DNA of 64,000 nucleotides, from the NCBI RefSeq assembly GCF_900078365.1, contig NZ_LT598653.1, positions 1,837,290-1,901,289 on the forward strand, written 5' to 3'. The notes beneath the pieces are model-generated. The model had not been told where the DNA came from. It ran no database searches and worked only from the letters and a program-made list of their open reading frames with translations. A program made the translations under genes and the position numbers. This DNA is from an uncultured Sphingopyxis sp. (GTDB lineage: Bacteria; Pseudomonadota; Alphaproteobacteria; Sphingomonadales; Sphingomonadaceae). Positions 55,142 to 64,000 of this stretch are shown here, one piece after another (within the stretch, counting starts at the first letter, position 1; each line of letters starts with the position of its first letter).

Positions 55142-56077
55142 ATGCCCTCCGGCCTTTTTGCCCTGCTCGACGACGTCGCCACCATCACCAAGGTTGCCGC
55201 CGCGAGCATCGACGACATCGGCGCCGCGGCGTCGAAGGCCGGGGTCAAGGCGGCAGGGGTGGTGGTCGACGATACCGCGGTGACGCCGCGCTATGTCACC
55301 GGCTTCACCCCCGACCGCGAGCTGCCGATCATCTGGCGGATCACCAAGGGATCGCTGTTCAACAAGCTGGTGCTCATCCTGCCCGCGCTGCTGTTGCTGT
55401 CGGCGGTCGCGCAGTGGGCGATCACGCCGCTGCTGATGGTCGGCGGCACTTATCTCTGCTTCGAGGGCGCCGAAAAGGTGCTGCACTCGCTACAGAAGGA
55501 CAGAACGAGCCTCGCCGAAGATGCCGCGATCGTTGCCGATCAGGATCATGAAGAGGCGATGGTGAAGGGCGCTGTGCGCACCGACTTCATCCTGTCGGCC
55601 GAGATCATGGTGATCGCGCTCAACGAAGTGCTCGACGAGCATTTCGCGATGCGCGCCGCGACGCTCGCGGTCGTCGCCGTCGCGATCACCATCGCGGTCT
55701 ATGGCGTCGTCGGGCTGATCGTGAAGATGGACGACATCGGGCTTCACATGGCGAAGGAAGGGAACCGCGCGCGCCGTGCGATCGGGCGCGGGCTCGTGGC
55801 TTTCATGCCCAAATTGCTTGCCGCGCTCGCCACGATCGGCACCGCGGCGATGCTGTGGGTCGGCGGCCAGATTTTCCTCCACGGGCTCGACGAATATCAT
55901 ATCGGCAATATCGGGCACGGCCTGCACGATTTCGCCCATGCGGTCGCGGGCAATCTGCCGGGCGCGGGCGTGTGGGAATGGCTGATCAACGCGGGCGGCG
56001 CGGGAATTTTCGGGCTGCTGCTCGGCGGTCTGATCGCCGGCGCGCTGCACATCCTGCCGGGCAGGAAAGCCCACTGA
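55142..56077 (+). CDS. DUF808 (YedI-like) inner-membrane protein
   Basis: MPSGLFALLDD, GVVVDDTAVTPRYV, RELPIIWRI, AVRTDFILSAEIM. Confidence 0.9.
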   Translation: MPSGLFALLDDVATITKVAAASIDDIGAAASKAGVKAAGVVVDDTAVTPRYVTGFTPDRELPIIWRITKGSLFNKLVLILPALLLLSAVAQWAITPLLMVGGTYLCFEGAEKVLHSLQKDRTSLAEDAAIVADQDHEEAMVKGAVRTDFILSAEIMVIALNEVLDEHFAMRAATLAVVAVAITIAVYGVVGLIVKMDDIGLHMAKEGNRARRAIGRGLVAFMPKLLAALATIGTAAMLWVGGQIFLHGLDEYHIGNIGHGLHDFAHAVAGNLPGAGVWEWLINAGGAGIFGLLLGGLIAGALHILPGRKAH

Positions 56078-56078
56078 G

Positions 56079-57209
56079 CTACCCGAGCAGCACCACCGGG
56101 CTGTCGGCGCGCCAGTGCATGCTCACCTTGTCGCCCCAGGTGAAATCCTCCTGGTCGCGGCGCGACAGGTTCGGGCGCGACACCCGGATGCGCGCGCCGG
56201 TCTCGAGCTCGATCTCGAACAGCGTGATGTCGCCAAGATAGCGCATCCCCTTGATCGTCCCGCGCGCGAAATTGTGCCCCTCGGGCGCATCCTCGGCCGC
56301 CGACCTGACGGCCTTGCCTGCGCCGGGGACATGAAGATAGATTTTTTCGGGCCGCAGCGCGACCCAGACGCCGGCGCCGTGCGATCCTGTAACACCATGA
56401 TTCAGATACACTTTTCCAAGGCCCGGACAATCGACCGCAGCCCTGCCGGGCTCATCGACCGTCAGCCTGCCCTCGAACATATTCACTGACCCCACAAAGT
56501 CGGCGACGAAACGGTTGGCGGGAAATTCGTATAGATCCGACGGCGTCGCAAGCTGCGCCACCTCGCCCTTGTTGATCACCGCGATCCGGCACGCCATCGA
56601 CAGCGCCTCGTCCTGATCGTGGGTGACGGTGACGAAGGTGATGCCGACCTTTTCCTGCAATTCCGAAAGCTCGAACTGCATTTGTGCGCGCAGCTTCGCG
56701 TCGAGTGCCGACAATGGCTCGTCGAGCAGCAGCACCTTCGGGCGCATGACGAGGCTGCGCGCGAGCGCGACGCGCTGGCGCTGCCCGCCCGACAACTGGT
56801 CGGGCATCCGGCGCTCGAATCCGCCGAGCTTGACCAGTTCGAGTGCTTCGGCGACGCGATCCTTGATTTCGCCCCCCTTTACGCCGGCGATCTTGAGACC
56901 ATAGGCGACATTGTCCGCAACGCTCATGTGCGGAAAAACGGCGTAGCTCTGGAACACCATATTCACCGGACGCCGGTTTGGCGGGATGCCGGCCATGTCC
57001 TGTCCGTCGATCAGGATCTGCCCCTCGGTCGGCAGCTCGAACCCGGCGATCATGCGGAGCAAGGTCGTCTTGCCGCAACCCGAGGGGCCGAGGAGCACGA
57101 AGAATTCGCCGGCGTTGATGTCGAGGCTGACATTGTCGACCGCGGTCATCTTGCCGAAACGTTTCGAGACGTTGCGGATCCGGATGATCGGCGGGGCGGG
57201 TTCGGTCAT
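56079..57209 (-). CDS. potA: Polyamine ABC transporter ATP-binding subunit (PotA/PotG)
   Basis: GPSGCGKTT, VFQSYAVFPH, LSGGQRQRVALAR, LLDEP, VTHDQ, TOBE C-terminus; true start MTEPAPP at 57209. Confidence 0.88.
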   Translation of the reverse strand: MTEPAPPIIRIRNVSKRFGKMTAVDNVSLDINAGEFFVLLGPSGCGKTTLLRMIAGFELPTEGQILIDGQDMAGIPPNRRPVNMVFQSYAVFPHMSVADNVAYGLKIAGVKGGEIKDRVAEALELVKLGGFERRMPDQLSGGQRQRVALARSLVMRPKVLLLDEPLSALDAKLRAQMQFELSELQEKVGITFVTVTHDQDEALSMACRIAVINKGEVAQLATPSDLYEFPANRFVADFVGSVNMFEGRLTVDEPGRAAVDCPGLGKVYLNHGVTGSHGAGVWVALRPEKIYLHVPGAGKAVRSAAEDAPEGHNFARGTIKGMRYLGDITLFEIELETGARIRVSRPNLSRRDQEDFTWGDKVSMHWRADSPVVLLG

Positions 57210-57211
57210 GG

Positions 57212-58054
57212 TCAGTGGGTTTCCGCAATGGTTTTGACGCCCTGAAGCTTCAGCGCGAGGAAGGTCAGGATGACTGTCAGGACGATGAGCAGCGTCGATG
57301 CCGCATTGACCTCCGGCGTCACCGAGAAGCGGACCATCGAATAGACTTTCACCGGGAAGGTGATCGTGTCGGGGCCGCTGGTGAAATAGGTGATGACGAA
57401 ATCGTCGAGGCTGAGCGTGAAGGACAGCAAGGCTCCCGCGACGAGCGCGGGCTTGAGGTGCGGAATCAGCACGTCGCGGAACATCTGCCACTCGCTCGCG
57501 CCCAAATCCTTCGCCGCCTCCTCCTGCTCGCGGTTGAAGCTCGCGAGGCGCGAACGCACCACCATCGTCACGAAGGGAAAGCAGAAGGTGATGTGCGCGA
57601 TCGTGATCGCGCCCAGGTTGAACGGCCAGACGAGGCCGATCGGCCAGCCTATGCCCGCGAAGAACATCAGAAAGGCGACGCCGAGGCATATTTCGGGGAC
57701 GATGATCGGCAACGAGATCGTGCCGTCGACCGCGCCCTTCAGCGGAAAGCGGAAGCGCCACAGCATCACCGCCGAGACGGTGCCGAGCGCGAGGCTGACG
57801 ATCGTCGCGAGCGCCGCGATGGTCAGCGAGTTGAGCAAGGCCTCGACGAGCTGGTCGTTGCCGAGCGCCTTCTCGTAATATTTCGTCGTGAAGCCGCGCC
57901 AGACGACGTTGCGCCTGCTGTCGTTGAAGCTGAAGATCACGAGCACGGCCAGCGGCGCATAAAGGAACAGCATCACCGCACCGACCCAAAGGCGCATCCA
58001 TAGCCTGCGGCCATATTCGAGCGGCGTGCGCGGGCGGCGGGCGAAGAGCGCCAT
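57212..58054 (-). CDS. potC: Polyamine ABC transporter permease (PotC/PotI)
   Basis: LYAPLAVLVIFSFN, EEAAKDLGAS, FTLSLDDFVIT, PEVNAAST. Confidence 0.85.
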   Translation of the reverse strand: MALFARRPRTPLEYGRRLWMRLWVGAVMLFLYAPLAVLVIFSFNDSRRNVVWRGFTTKYYEKALGNDQLVEALLNSLTIAALATIVSLALGTVSAVMLWRFRFPLKGAVDGTISLPIIVPEICLGVAFLMFFAGIGWPIGLVWPFNLGAITIAHITFCFPFVTMVVRSRLASFNREQEEAAKDLGASEWQMFRDVLIPHLKPALVAGALLSFTLSLDDFVITYFTSGPDTITFPVKVYSMVRFSVTPEVNAASTLLIVLTVILTFLALKLQGVKTIAETH

Positions 58055-58959
58055 CAACCCGCCTCCGGCACCTTCCGGCGCATCGACTGGATCGCGATCA
58101 GCGCGAACATCGCATAGATCAGCAGGAAGGAGAGGGCGGCGCCGAAGGGCCAGTCGTTCGCTTTCTTGAACTGGCGCTCGATGACGTTGGCGATCATCTG
58201 GCTGTCGGTCCCGCCCATCAGGTCGGGGGTCAGATAGGCGCCGAGCGCGGGGATCAGCGTGATCATCACCCCCGCGACGATACCCGGCGCCGTGAGCGGG
58301 ACGACGATACGGATGATCGTGCGAAAATGGCCCGCGCCAAGGTCGAGGCTCGCCTCGATCAGGCTGCGGTCGAGCCGGTCGAGCGCGGCGTAGAGCGGCA
58401 GCACCATGAAGGGCAGGTGGACGTAGACGAGCCCGAAGACGAGCGCGAAATTGTTGAAGAGCAGCGGCACCGGTTCCCATGTCGGCAGCGGCTGGAGGCC
58501 GGCGAGCGTCTTGAGCCAGCTCGCGCCTTCCCACAGCGCGCCGAGCCCCTTGTTGGCATAGCCCTGCGTCCCGAGCAGCATCATCAGCGCATAGGTGCGG
58601 ATGAGCAAATTGGTCCAGAAGGGCAGCATGATGGCGAGGAGCAGCCACGGCCGCCACTTCTCGCTCGCGAAGGTGATCGCCATCGCGACCGGGAAACCGA
58701 CGATCAGGCAAATCAGCGTGACGAGCGCCGCGATCGCGAAACTCTTGCCAAAGATGGTGAGATAGAGCCATTCGGTCGCGCGCTTGTAATTGTCGAGCGT
58801 GCCCGAGATTGCGATGTCGGCAAGGCCCCTGTTCTCGCCGAAGCTGTAGAGCCAGAGGATCGCCATGGGCAGGAGGAAGAAGAGGAGGACCCACAAGAAG
58901 GTGGGCAGCGAGACGGCCGCGAAGACGCGCCTGTTCGTTCTCCAGTCCTGCCCGGCCAT
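58054..58959 (-). CDS. potB: Polyamine ABC transporter permease (PotB/PotH)
   Basis: LPFWTNLLIRTYA, LPFMVLPLY, LIEASLDLGA, WPFGAALS. Confidence 0.85.
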   Translation of the reverse strand: MAGQDWRTNRRVFAAVSLPTFLWVLLFFLLPMAILWLYSFGENRGLADIAISGTLDNYKRATEWLYLTIFGKSFAIAALVTLICLIVGFPVAMAITFASEKWRPWLLLAIMLPFWTNLLIRTYALMMLLGTQGYANKGLGALWEGASWLKTLAGLQPLPTWEPVPLLFNNFALVFGLVYVHLPFMVLPLYAALDRLDRSLIEASLDLGAGHFRTIIRIVVPLTAPGIVAGVMITLIPALGAYLTPDLMGGTDSQMIANVIERQFKKANDWPFGAALSFLLIYAMFALIAIQSMRRKVPEAG

Positions 58960-58981
58960 CCCCCGATGCCCCTTTCAGGTT

Positions 58982-60088
58982 TCAGGCCGCTCGCACCCTC
59001 GTGAAGGCTTCCTCGAACAGCGGCTGAAGCTCGGGGTCGAAGCGCGCATATTCGCATTTCGCCAAGGCTTCGGCGGGCGGGAAGATCACCGGATTGTTGC
59101 TGTAGCTGGCGGGCATCAGCTTGCGCGCCGCGGTGTTGGGCGTCGGATAGAGGATCGTCTCGGTGATATGCTTGTCGACATTGGCGTCGAGGATATAGTT
59201 GATGAAGGCATGCGCATTCTTCGGGTGCGGCGCGCCTTTCGGGATGCACAGATTGTCCGAGTTGAGCTGGCTGCCTTCCTTGGGGATGACGAAGTCGATG
59301 TCCTTGTCCTCGAGCATCGCCTGCGCGATGTCGCCATTATATTCGAGCACGACGTCGCAATCGCCCTTCAGCAGCAGGTCCTGCCCGTCGTCCTCGTGGA
59401 ATTTCTTCACATTGGGCTTTTGCTTGATCATCATCCTTTCGATCGTCGCGATGTCCGCGGGGGTCAGCGCGTTGACCGATTTGCCGAGATATTTGCCGTA
59501 GAGCCGGAACATGTCGCCGGCCTCCGACAGCCAGGCGATGCGGCCGGCATATTCGGGGCTGTCGAACAGGACTTTCCAGCTGTCGGGCGGCGACGACACC
59601 TTCGACTTGCGATAGCCGATGCCGGTCACGAGCCAGGTGTAGGGCATCGAATATTTGCGCTGCAGATCATATTCGACGTTGATGTAGGCCGGATCGATAT
59701 TCCGCTTGTTCGGAATGAGGCTATGGTCGAGCGGCAGCAGCATGTCGGCCTTCGTCATCCGCTCGACGAAGTCGTTCGACGGCACGATCACGTCGTAGCC
59801 GGGGTTGCCCGCCTTGAATTTGGCGAACAGCACGTCGTTGCTGTCGAACAGGTCCATCGTCACATCGACGCCCGTTGCTTCCTTGAAACCGTCGAGCGTA
59901 TTCTCGCCGATATAGGTGTCCCAATTATAGAAGTTGAGCTTGGCCTCCTCGCCGTTCGCGAGCGTCTTGCCGCCCTGCTTGCCGCACGCGGCGAGCCCGC
60001 CGAAACTGATCCCGACCGCCGCGGCGCCGAGCGCCTGGAGCAGCGAGCGACGCCCGCGGGTTTGCTTGATCAGTTCGTTGAAATCCAT
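58982..60088 (-). CDS. Polyamine-binding protein (PotD/PotF), predicted Tat lipoprotein
   Basis: RGRRSLLQ twin-arginine motif and LAAC lipobox; LNFYNWDTYI, GYDVIVPS, PYTWLVTGIGY, PKEGSQL. Confidence 0.85.
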   Translation of the reverse strand: MDFNELIKQTRGRRSLLQALGAAAVGISFGGLAACGKQGGKTLANGEEAKLNFYNWDTYIGENTLDGFKEATGVDVTMDLFDSNDVLFAKFKAGNPGYDVIVPSNDFVERMTKADMLLPLDHSLIPNKRNIDPAYINVEYDLQRKYSMPYTWLVTGIGYRKSKVSSPPDSWKVLFDSPEYAGRIAWLSEAGDMFRLYGKYLGKSVNALTPADIATIERMMIKQKPNVKKFHEDDGQDLLLKGDCDVVLEYNGDIAQAMLEDKDIDFVIPKEGSQLNSDNLCIPKGAPHPKNAHAFINYILDANVDKHITETILYPTPNTAARKLMPASYSNNPVIFPPAEALAKCEYARFDPELQPLFEEAFTRVRAA

Positions 60089-60179
60089 GGCCGGCCTCCC
60101 TGTATGGACCTCAAGCTGACTCAATAGGGGCGGCTTGGAAAGAGGCATTTTTGCGCTGTGCCGAGAATCGTTGAAACTT

Positions 60180-61571
60180 TCATGCGTTGCGCAGATACCA
60201 GTCGTAATCGAGCGTCGGCACGGCGCTGAAATAAACATCCTGTTCGACGCGCTTCACGATGCTGAACATGTCGACGAACCGCTCGCCGAGATAGTCGCGC
60301 ATCAGCCCCGACGCGTGGAAGCGGTCGACCGCGGCGAACCAGTTCGACGGGGGCTTGTCCTCGCTGCTGTTGTCGCGGTCGTATCCGTTGCCGACGACCG
60401 CGGGACCTGGATCGGCCCTGGTCGCCATGCCATGGTGCATCCCCGCGAGCACCGCCGCTGCGGCGAGATAGGGGTTGGCGTCGGCGCCGCACGCGCGATG
60501 CTCGACATGGCGGCTCGGCGGCGGGCCGACGGGTATGCGGAACGACACCGTGCGGTTGTTGACCCCCCAGGTCGGCGCGACGGGGGCGTAGCTGTTCGCC
60601 TTGAAACGGCGATAGCTGTTCGCGTGCGGGGCGAAGAGGGCGAAGCCGTCGCCGACGCTGCCGATCATGCCGCCGATCGCGTGGCGCAGCGCGGGCGCGC
60701 CTTCGGGATCGTCGCTCGCGAAGATATTGCGGCCCGCCTCGTCATCGACCGAAACGTGGATGTGCATGCCGCTGCCCGCCTGATCGGCGAAGGGCTTAGC
60801 CATGAAGGTCGCCTCGAGGCCGTGCGCCTGCGCGATCGCCTTGACGAGGCGCTTGTACATGATCGCATCGTCGCAGGCGCGCAGCGCGTCGGGCTTGTGG
60901 CGGAGGGTCAGTTCGAACTGGCCGGGCGCGAATTCGGAGATGGCGCTTTCGAGCGGCAAGCCCTGCACGTCGGTCGCGGCGTAGAGCGCGTCGAAGAAGG
61001 GACGGAAGTCATCGAGTTCGCGCAGGCCATAGACCTCGACATTACGCGGGGCGCTGCGGCTGTAGCCGGGTCGGGCGGGGCGGATGCTCCCGTCGCGCGC
61101 GCGGCGCGGGTCGACGAGGTAGAATTCGAGCTCGACCGCGAGCACCGGAATGAGGCCATCGGCGGCGAAACGGTCGACGACGCGGCCCAGCACATGGCGC
61201 GGGTCGAGGTCGTGAGGGGTGCCGTCGAGCTCGTAGAAATCGACGAGAAATTGCGCGGCACGATCGCCGCCCCATGGCGTGCGGACGAGGGTGCCGGGAA
61301 CCGGCTTCATCGATCGGTCGGCGTCGCCATCCTCCCAGACGAGGCCGGTTTCGACCGTATCCTGCCCGGTGATGTCGACGACGGTGATCGATCCCGGCAT
61401 CATGCGGCCGCTGTCATAGACCGCGAGCACTTCGTGCTGCCGCAACCGCTTGCCGCGCGGGACGCCGCCCATGTCGGTGTAGATCATCTCGATCGAATCG
61501 ACGCCGGGGTTCGCCTTGAAGAAGGCCTCCGCCTCGGAGCGCGGCGCGATCACGCCCGATGACTTCGACAT
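60180..61571 (-). CDS. Glutamine synthetase-like gamma-glutamyl-polyamine ligase (PuuA/PauA-like)
   Basis: ELEFYL, SEFAPGQFE, FMAKP, GSGMHIH, NSYRRF, WGVNNRT, EHRACGADANPYL. Confidence 0.88.
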   Translation of the reverse strand: MSKSSGVIAPRSEAEAFFKANPGVDSIEMIYTDMGGVPRGKRLRQHEVLAVYDSGRMMPGSITVVDITGQDTVETGLVWEDGDADRSMKPVPGTLVRTPWGGDRAAQFLVDFYELDGTPHDLDPRHVLGRVVDRFAADGLIPVLAVELEFYLVDPRRARDGSIRPARPGYSRSAPRNVEVYGLRELDDFRPFFDALYAATDVQGLPLESAISEFAPGQFELTLRHKPDALRACDDAIMYKRLVKAIAQAHGLEATFMAKPFADQAGSGMHIHVSVDDEAGRNIFASDDPEGAPALRHAIGGMIGSVGDGFALFAPHANSYRRFKANSYAPVAPTWGVNNRTVSFRIPVGPPPSRHVEHRACGADANPYLAAAAVLAGMHHGMATRADPGPAVVGNGYDRDNSSEDKPPSNWFAAVDRFHASGLMRDYLGERFVDMFSIVKRVEQDVYFSAVPTLDYDWYLRNA

Positions 61572-61581
61572 ATAGGCTCCT

Positions 61582-62844
61582 TCACCCCAACCGGTCGCGC
61601 AGCGCATACCAGAGCAGCCCGAGCGTGGCGAGCGGGCGGCGCAGCCATTCTCCGCCCGGGAAGGGCCGCGACGGCAGGCTCGCCAGAACGTCGAAGCGTT
61701 CGGCGGTTCCCGCCATCGCTTCGGCGATCAGCTCGCCCGCGAGCGTCGTCACCAGCGCGCCGTGGCCCGAAAATCCGTGCGCGTAGAAGATGTTCCCGCG
61801 CCGTCCGATATGCGGCAAACGGTTCATCGTTACCGCCACCGCGCCGCCCCAGCCATAGTCGATCCTTGCACCGGCAATCTGCGGGAAAACCTGTGCCATG
61901 AACGGCCGCACAAATGCAGCTATGTCGCGCGGCGGCGTCTGCGAGTGACGCTCGCCGCCGCCGAAGATCAGCCTTTTGTCGGCCGACAGGCGGAAATAGT
62001 TGAGCACGAAGCGGCTGTCGGCGACCGCGGCGTCGGTGGGCAGCAGTTCGTCGGCATTGGCGAGCGGCGCGGTCGCGATATTATAGTTCATGATCGGCAC
62101 GGTATAGCGGCCGAAATCGGGTTCGAGATCGCCGATCCAGCTGTCGGTTGCATTGATGAAATAGCGGGCTTCGACCGAAGCGTCGCGGGTGAGCAATTCG
62201 CCCGGATCGAAATCGAGGAGGCCTTCCACCCGCCATCCCTCGACGATGCGAACCCCGGCGGTCTCCGCCGCCTTCGCCAGCCCGATCGCATAATTCAGCG
62301 GGTGGAAATGCCCGCCACGCGGATCGTAGATGCCGCCATGATAGAGTGGGCTCGCGATGTGAGCGCCCATGGCGGCCTTGGCGACAATATCGCTTGGATA
62401 GCCGAAGCGCGTGGCGAGGTAATCGGCCTCGCGCCGCATCGCGTCGAAATCCTTGTGCGTCCACGCCGCCTCCAGATGGCCGGCTTTGAGGTCGCAGGCG
62501 ATGGCGTGCTGCGCGATCCGAGCTTTCACGCGATTGTCGCGCCAGCAAAGGTCGAACAGGGCATCGGCGCGTTCGCGGCCAAATTCCGCTTCGAGTTCCG
62601 ACGCCGTCCAGCGGAGGCCCGGAACCAGTTGTCCGCCGTTGCGTCCCGAGGCGCCGAAGCCGATATGCTCGGCTTCGAACAGGATCACCGAAAAACCGCG
62701 CTCGGCGCACGCGAGCGCCGCGCTGAGCCCCGTGAAGCCGCCGCCGATCACGGCAACGTCGCATGCGAGATCGCCTTCGAATGCGCGCGGTCGCCAGTCG
62801 TGCGCGGTCGCGGCATAATAGCTGTGGCTGAGCGGATCGGTCAT
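61582..62844 (-). CDS. puuB: FAD-dependent gamma-glutamylputrescine oxidase
   Basis: SYYAATA, VIGGGFTGLSAAL, GFGASGRNGGQ, GFSGHG; lies within the polyamine cluster. Confidence 0.82.
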   Translation of the reverse strand: MTDPLSHSYYAATAHDWRPRAFEGDLACDVAVIGGGFTGLSAALACAERGFSVILFEAEHIGFGASGRNGGQLVPGLRWTASELEAEFGRERADALFDLCWRDNRVKARIAQHAIACDLKAGHLEAAWTHKDFDAMRREADYLATRFGYPSDIVAKAAMGAHIASPLYHGGIYDPRGGHFHPLNYAIGLAKAAETAGVRIVEGWRVEGLLDFDPGELLTRDASVEARYFINATDSWIGDLEPDFGRYTVPIMNYNIATAPLANADELLPTDAAVADSRFVLNYFRLSADKRLIFGGGERHSQTPPRDIAAFVRPFMAQVFPQIAGARIDYGWGGAVAVTMNRLPHIGRRGNIFYAHGFSGHGALVTTLAGELIAEAMAGTAERFDVLASLPSRPFPGGEWLRRPLATLGLLWYALRDRLG

Positions 62845-62858
62845 CGCCGGCGCGCGGA

Positions 62859-64000
62859 TCAGACCCGCATCAGCAGATGTTCGCGTTCCCAGCTCGACAC
62901 CACCGATTGATAGTTGAACAGCTCATAATCCTTCACCGCGAAGAAGATTTCGAAGAAATCGTCGCCGAGCAGGTTGCGGACCTTCTTGCACGAGGCGAAG
63001 CGGTCGAGCGCGGCTTCCAGGGTGCGCGGCAGAGTGCGTGCGCGATTATAGGCGCTGCCGCTGATCGGCTTGGGCGGGACCATGCGGTCGACCATGCCGA
63101 TATAGCCGCAGACGAGCGACGCCGCGATGGCGAGATAGGGATTGCTGTCGGCGCCGGGCAGGCGGTTTTCGACGCGGCGGTTGTGCTTGTCGGCGATCGG
63201 CACGCGAAAGCCGCAGCTCCGGTTATCCTCGCCCCACTGGACGTTGATCGGCGCGGCGCTGTCGGGGCGCATGCGACGGAAACTGTTCACATTGGGCGCC
63301 CACATCGGCGAGATTTGCGGCATGAAGCGGATCAGCCCGGCGATATAGCTGCGGAACGCCGCGCTGTCGCGGCCGTTGGCGGTCGCGAACAGGTTGCGCC
63401 CGGTTTCGGCGTCGACGACCGACTGATGGAGGTGCATCGCGCTGCCCGGCTGGCCCGCCATCGGGTTCGCCATGAAAGTCGCGTAGACATCATGCTGCTT
63501 CGCGACGTTACGCACGACGCGCTTGAACAGGAAGACCTCGTCGGCGAGGCGCAGCGGGTCGCCGTGGATGAAGTTCACCTCGAGTTGCGCGGCGCCCATT
63601 TCGTGGATCATCGTGTCGATGTCGAGCCCCATCAGCTCGCAATCGTCATAGATATGATCGATGATGTCCTCATATTCGTTCATCGCCTCGAGCCCGTAGG
63701 GCTGGCTGGCGCTTTCGCTGCGCCCCGACTGGCCGGTCGGCGGGGTCAATGGGAAGTCGGGGTCGGTGTTCTGCGAGACGAGGTAGAATTCGACCTCGGG
63801 CGCGATGATCGGCTTCCAGCCCTTGTCCGCGTAGAGGCCGAGCACTTTCTTGAGGATCGTGCGCGGCGCGATGTCGACCTCGGTTCCGTCGCCGTTATAG
63901 GCGTCGGCGATGACGAAGGCGGTCGGCGAGGTGAAGCCCGGCGCGACGCAGATCGTATCGGGGTCGGCAAGCAGTATCTTGTCGGGATCCTTGTCCCAAA
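62859..64000 (-). CDS. Second glutamine synthetase-like gamma-glutamyl ligase; 5' part lies outside the window
   Basis: Frame open to the window edge; APEVEFYL, HEMGAAQLE, GSAMHLHQS, WGEDNRS, ENRLPGADSNPYL. Confidence 0.88.
   Translation of the reverse strand, partial: WDKDPDKILLADPDTICVAPGFTSPTAFVIADAYNGDGTEVDIAPRTILKKVLGLYADKGWKPIIAPEVEFYLVSQNTDPDFPLTPPTGQSGRSESASQPYGLEAMNEYEDIIDHIYDDCELMGLDIDTMIHEMGAAQLEVNFIHGDPLRLADEVFLFKRVVRNVAKQHDVYATFMANPMAGQPGSAMHLHQSVVDAETGRNLFATANGRDSAAFRSYIAGLIRFMPQISPMWAPNVNSFRRMRPDSAAPINVQWGEDNRSCGFRVPIADKHNRRVENRLPGADSNPYLAIAASLVCGYIGMVDRMVPPKPISGSAYNRARTLPRTLEAALDRFASCKKVRNLLGDDFFEIFFAVKDYELFNYQSVVSSWEREHLLMRV

Noticed and set aside
56079-58001. 640-aa ORF as an extended ABC ATPase
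   Set aside because: The upstream part overlaps potC out of frame; the ATPase begins at 57209.

Overview
This 64-kb window comes from a GC-rich alphaproteobacterial chromosome. A sphingomonad, probably Sphingopyxis-like, is inferred from gcrA, hspQ, CGTC-type REPs and multiple TonB-dependent receptors. The backbone carries an ECF sigma/membrane protein/serine hydrolase operon, parE, gcrA, an orphan tadE-tadG pair, a Phd-PAS fusion, a two-subunit acyl-CoA dehydrogenase, an ECF-FecR-TBDR signalling unit beside a large autotransporter, glk, and a gamma-glutamyl polyamine utilisation and uptake cluster. A ~21.4-kb island (8808-30193) sits at the 3' end of tRNA-Ser(CGA), bounded by a 15-bp direct repeat. 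It holds a tyrosine-recombinase plus IS91-type transposase element, a trimeric autotransporter adhesin and a self-contained acyl-CoA catabolic cluster. That cluster encodes a TBDR, two PhyH-type Fe(II)/2OG dioxygenases, a CoA ligase, a fused two-domain CoA-transferase, a single-chain carboxylase, an SCP2-like protein, an MFS transporter and a TetR regulator. All four promoter regions of the cluster carry the same palindrome (consensus TGGTAACGCGTTACCA). This candidate regulon, with an unknown substrate, is the most notable observation, followed by the Phd/YefM-PAS-PAS fusion protein. Family assignments come from motif reading only; no database searches were run.
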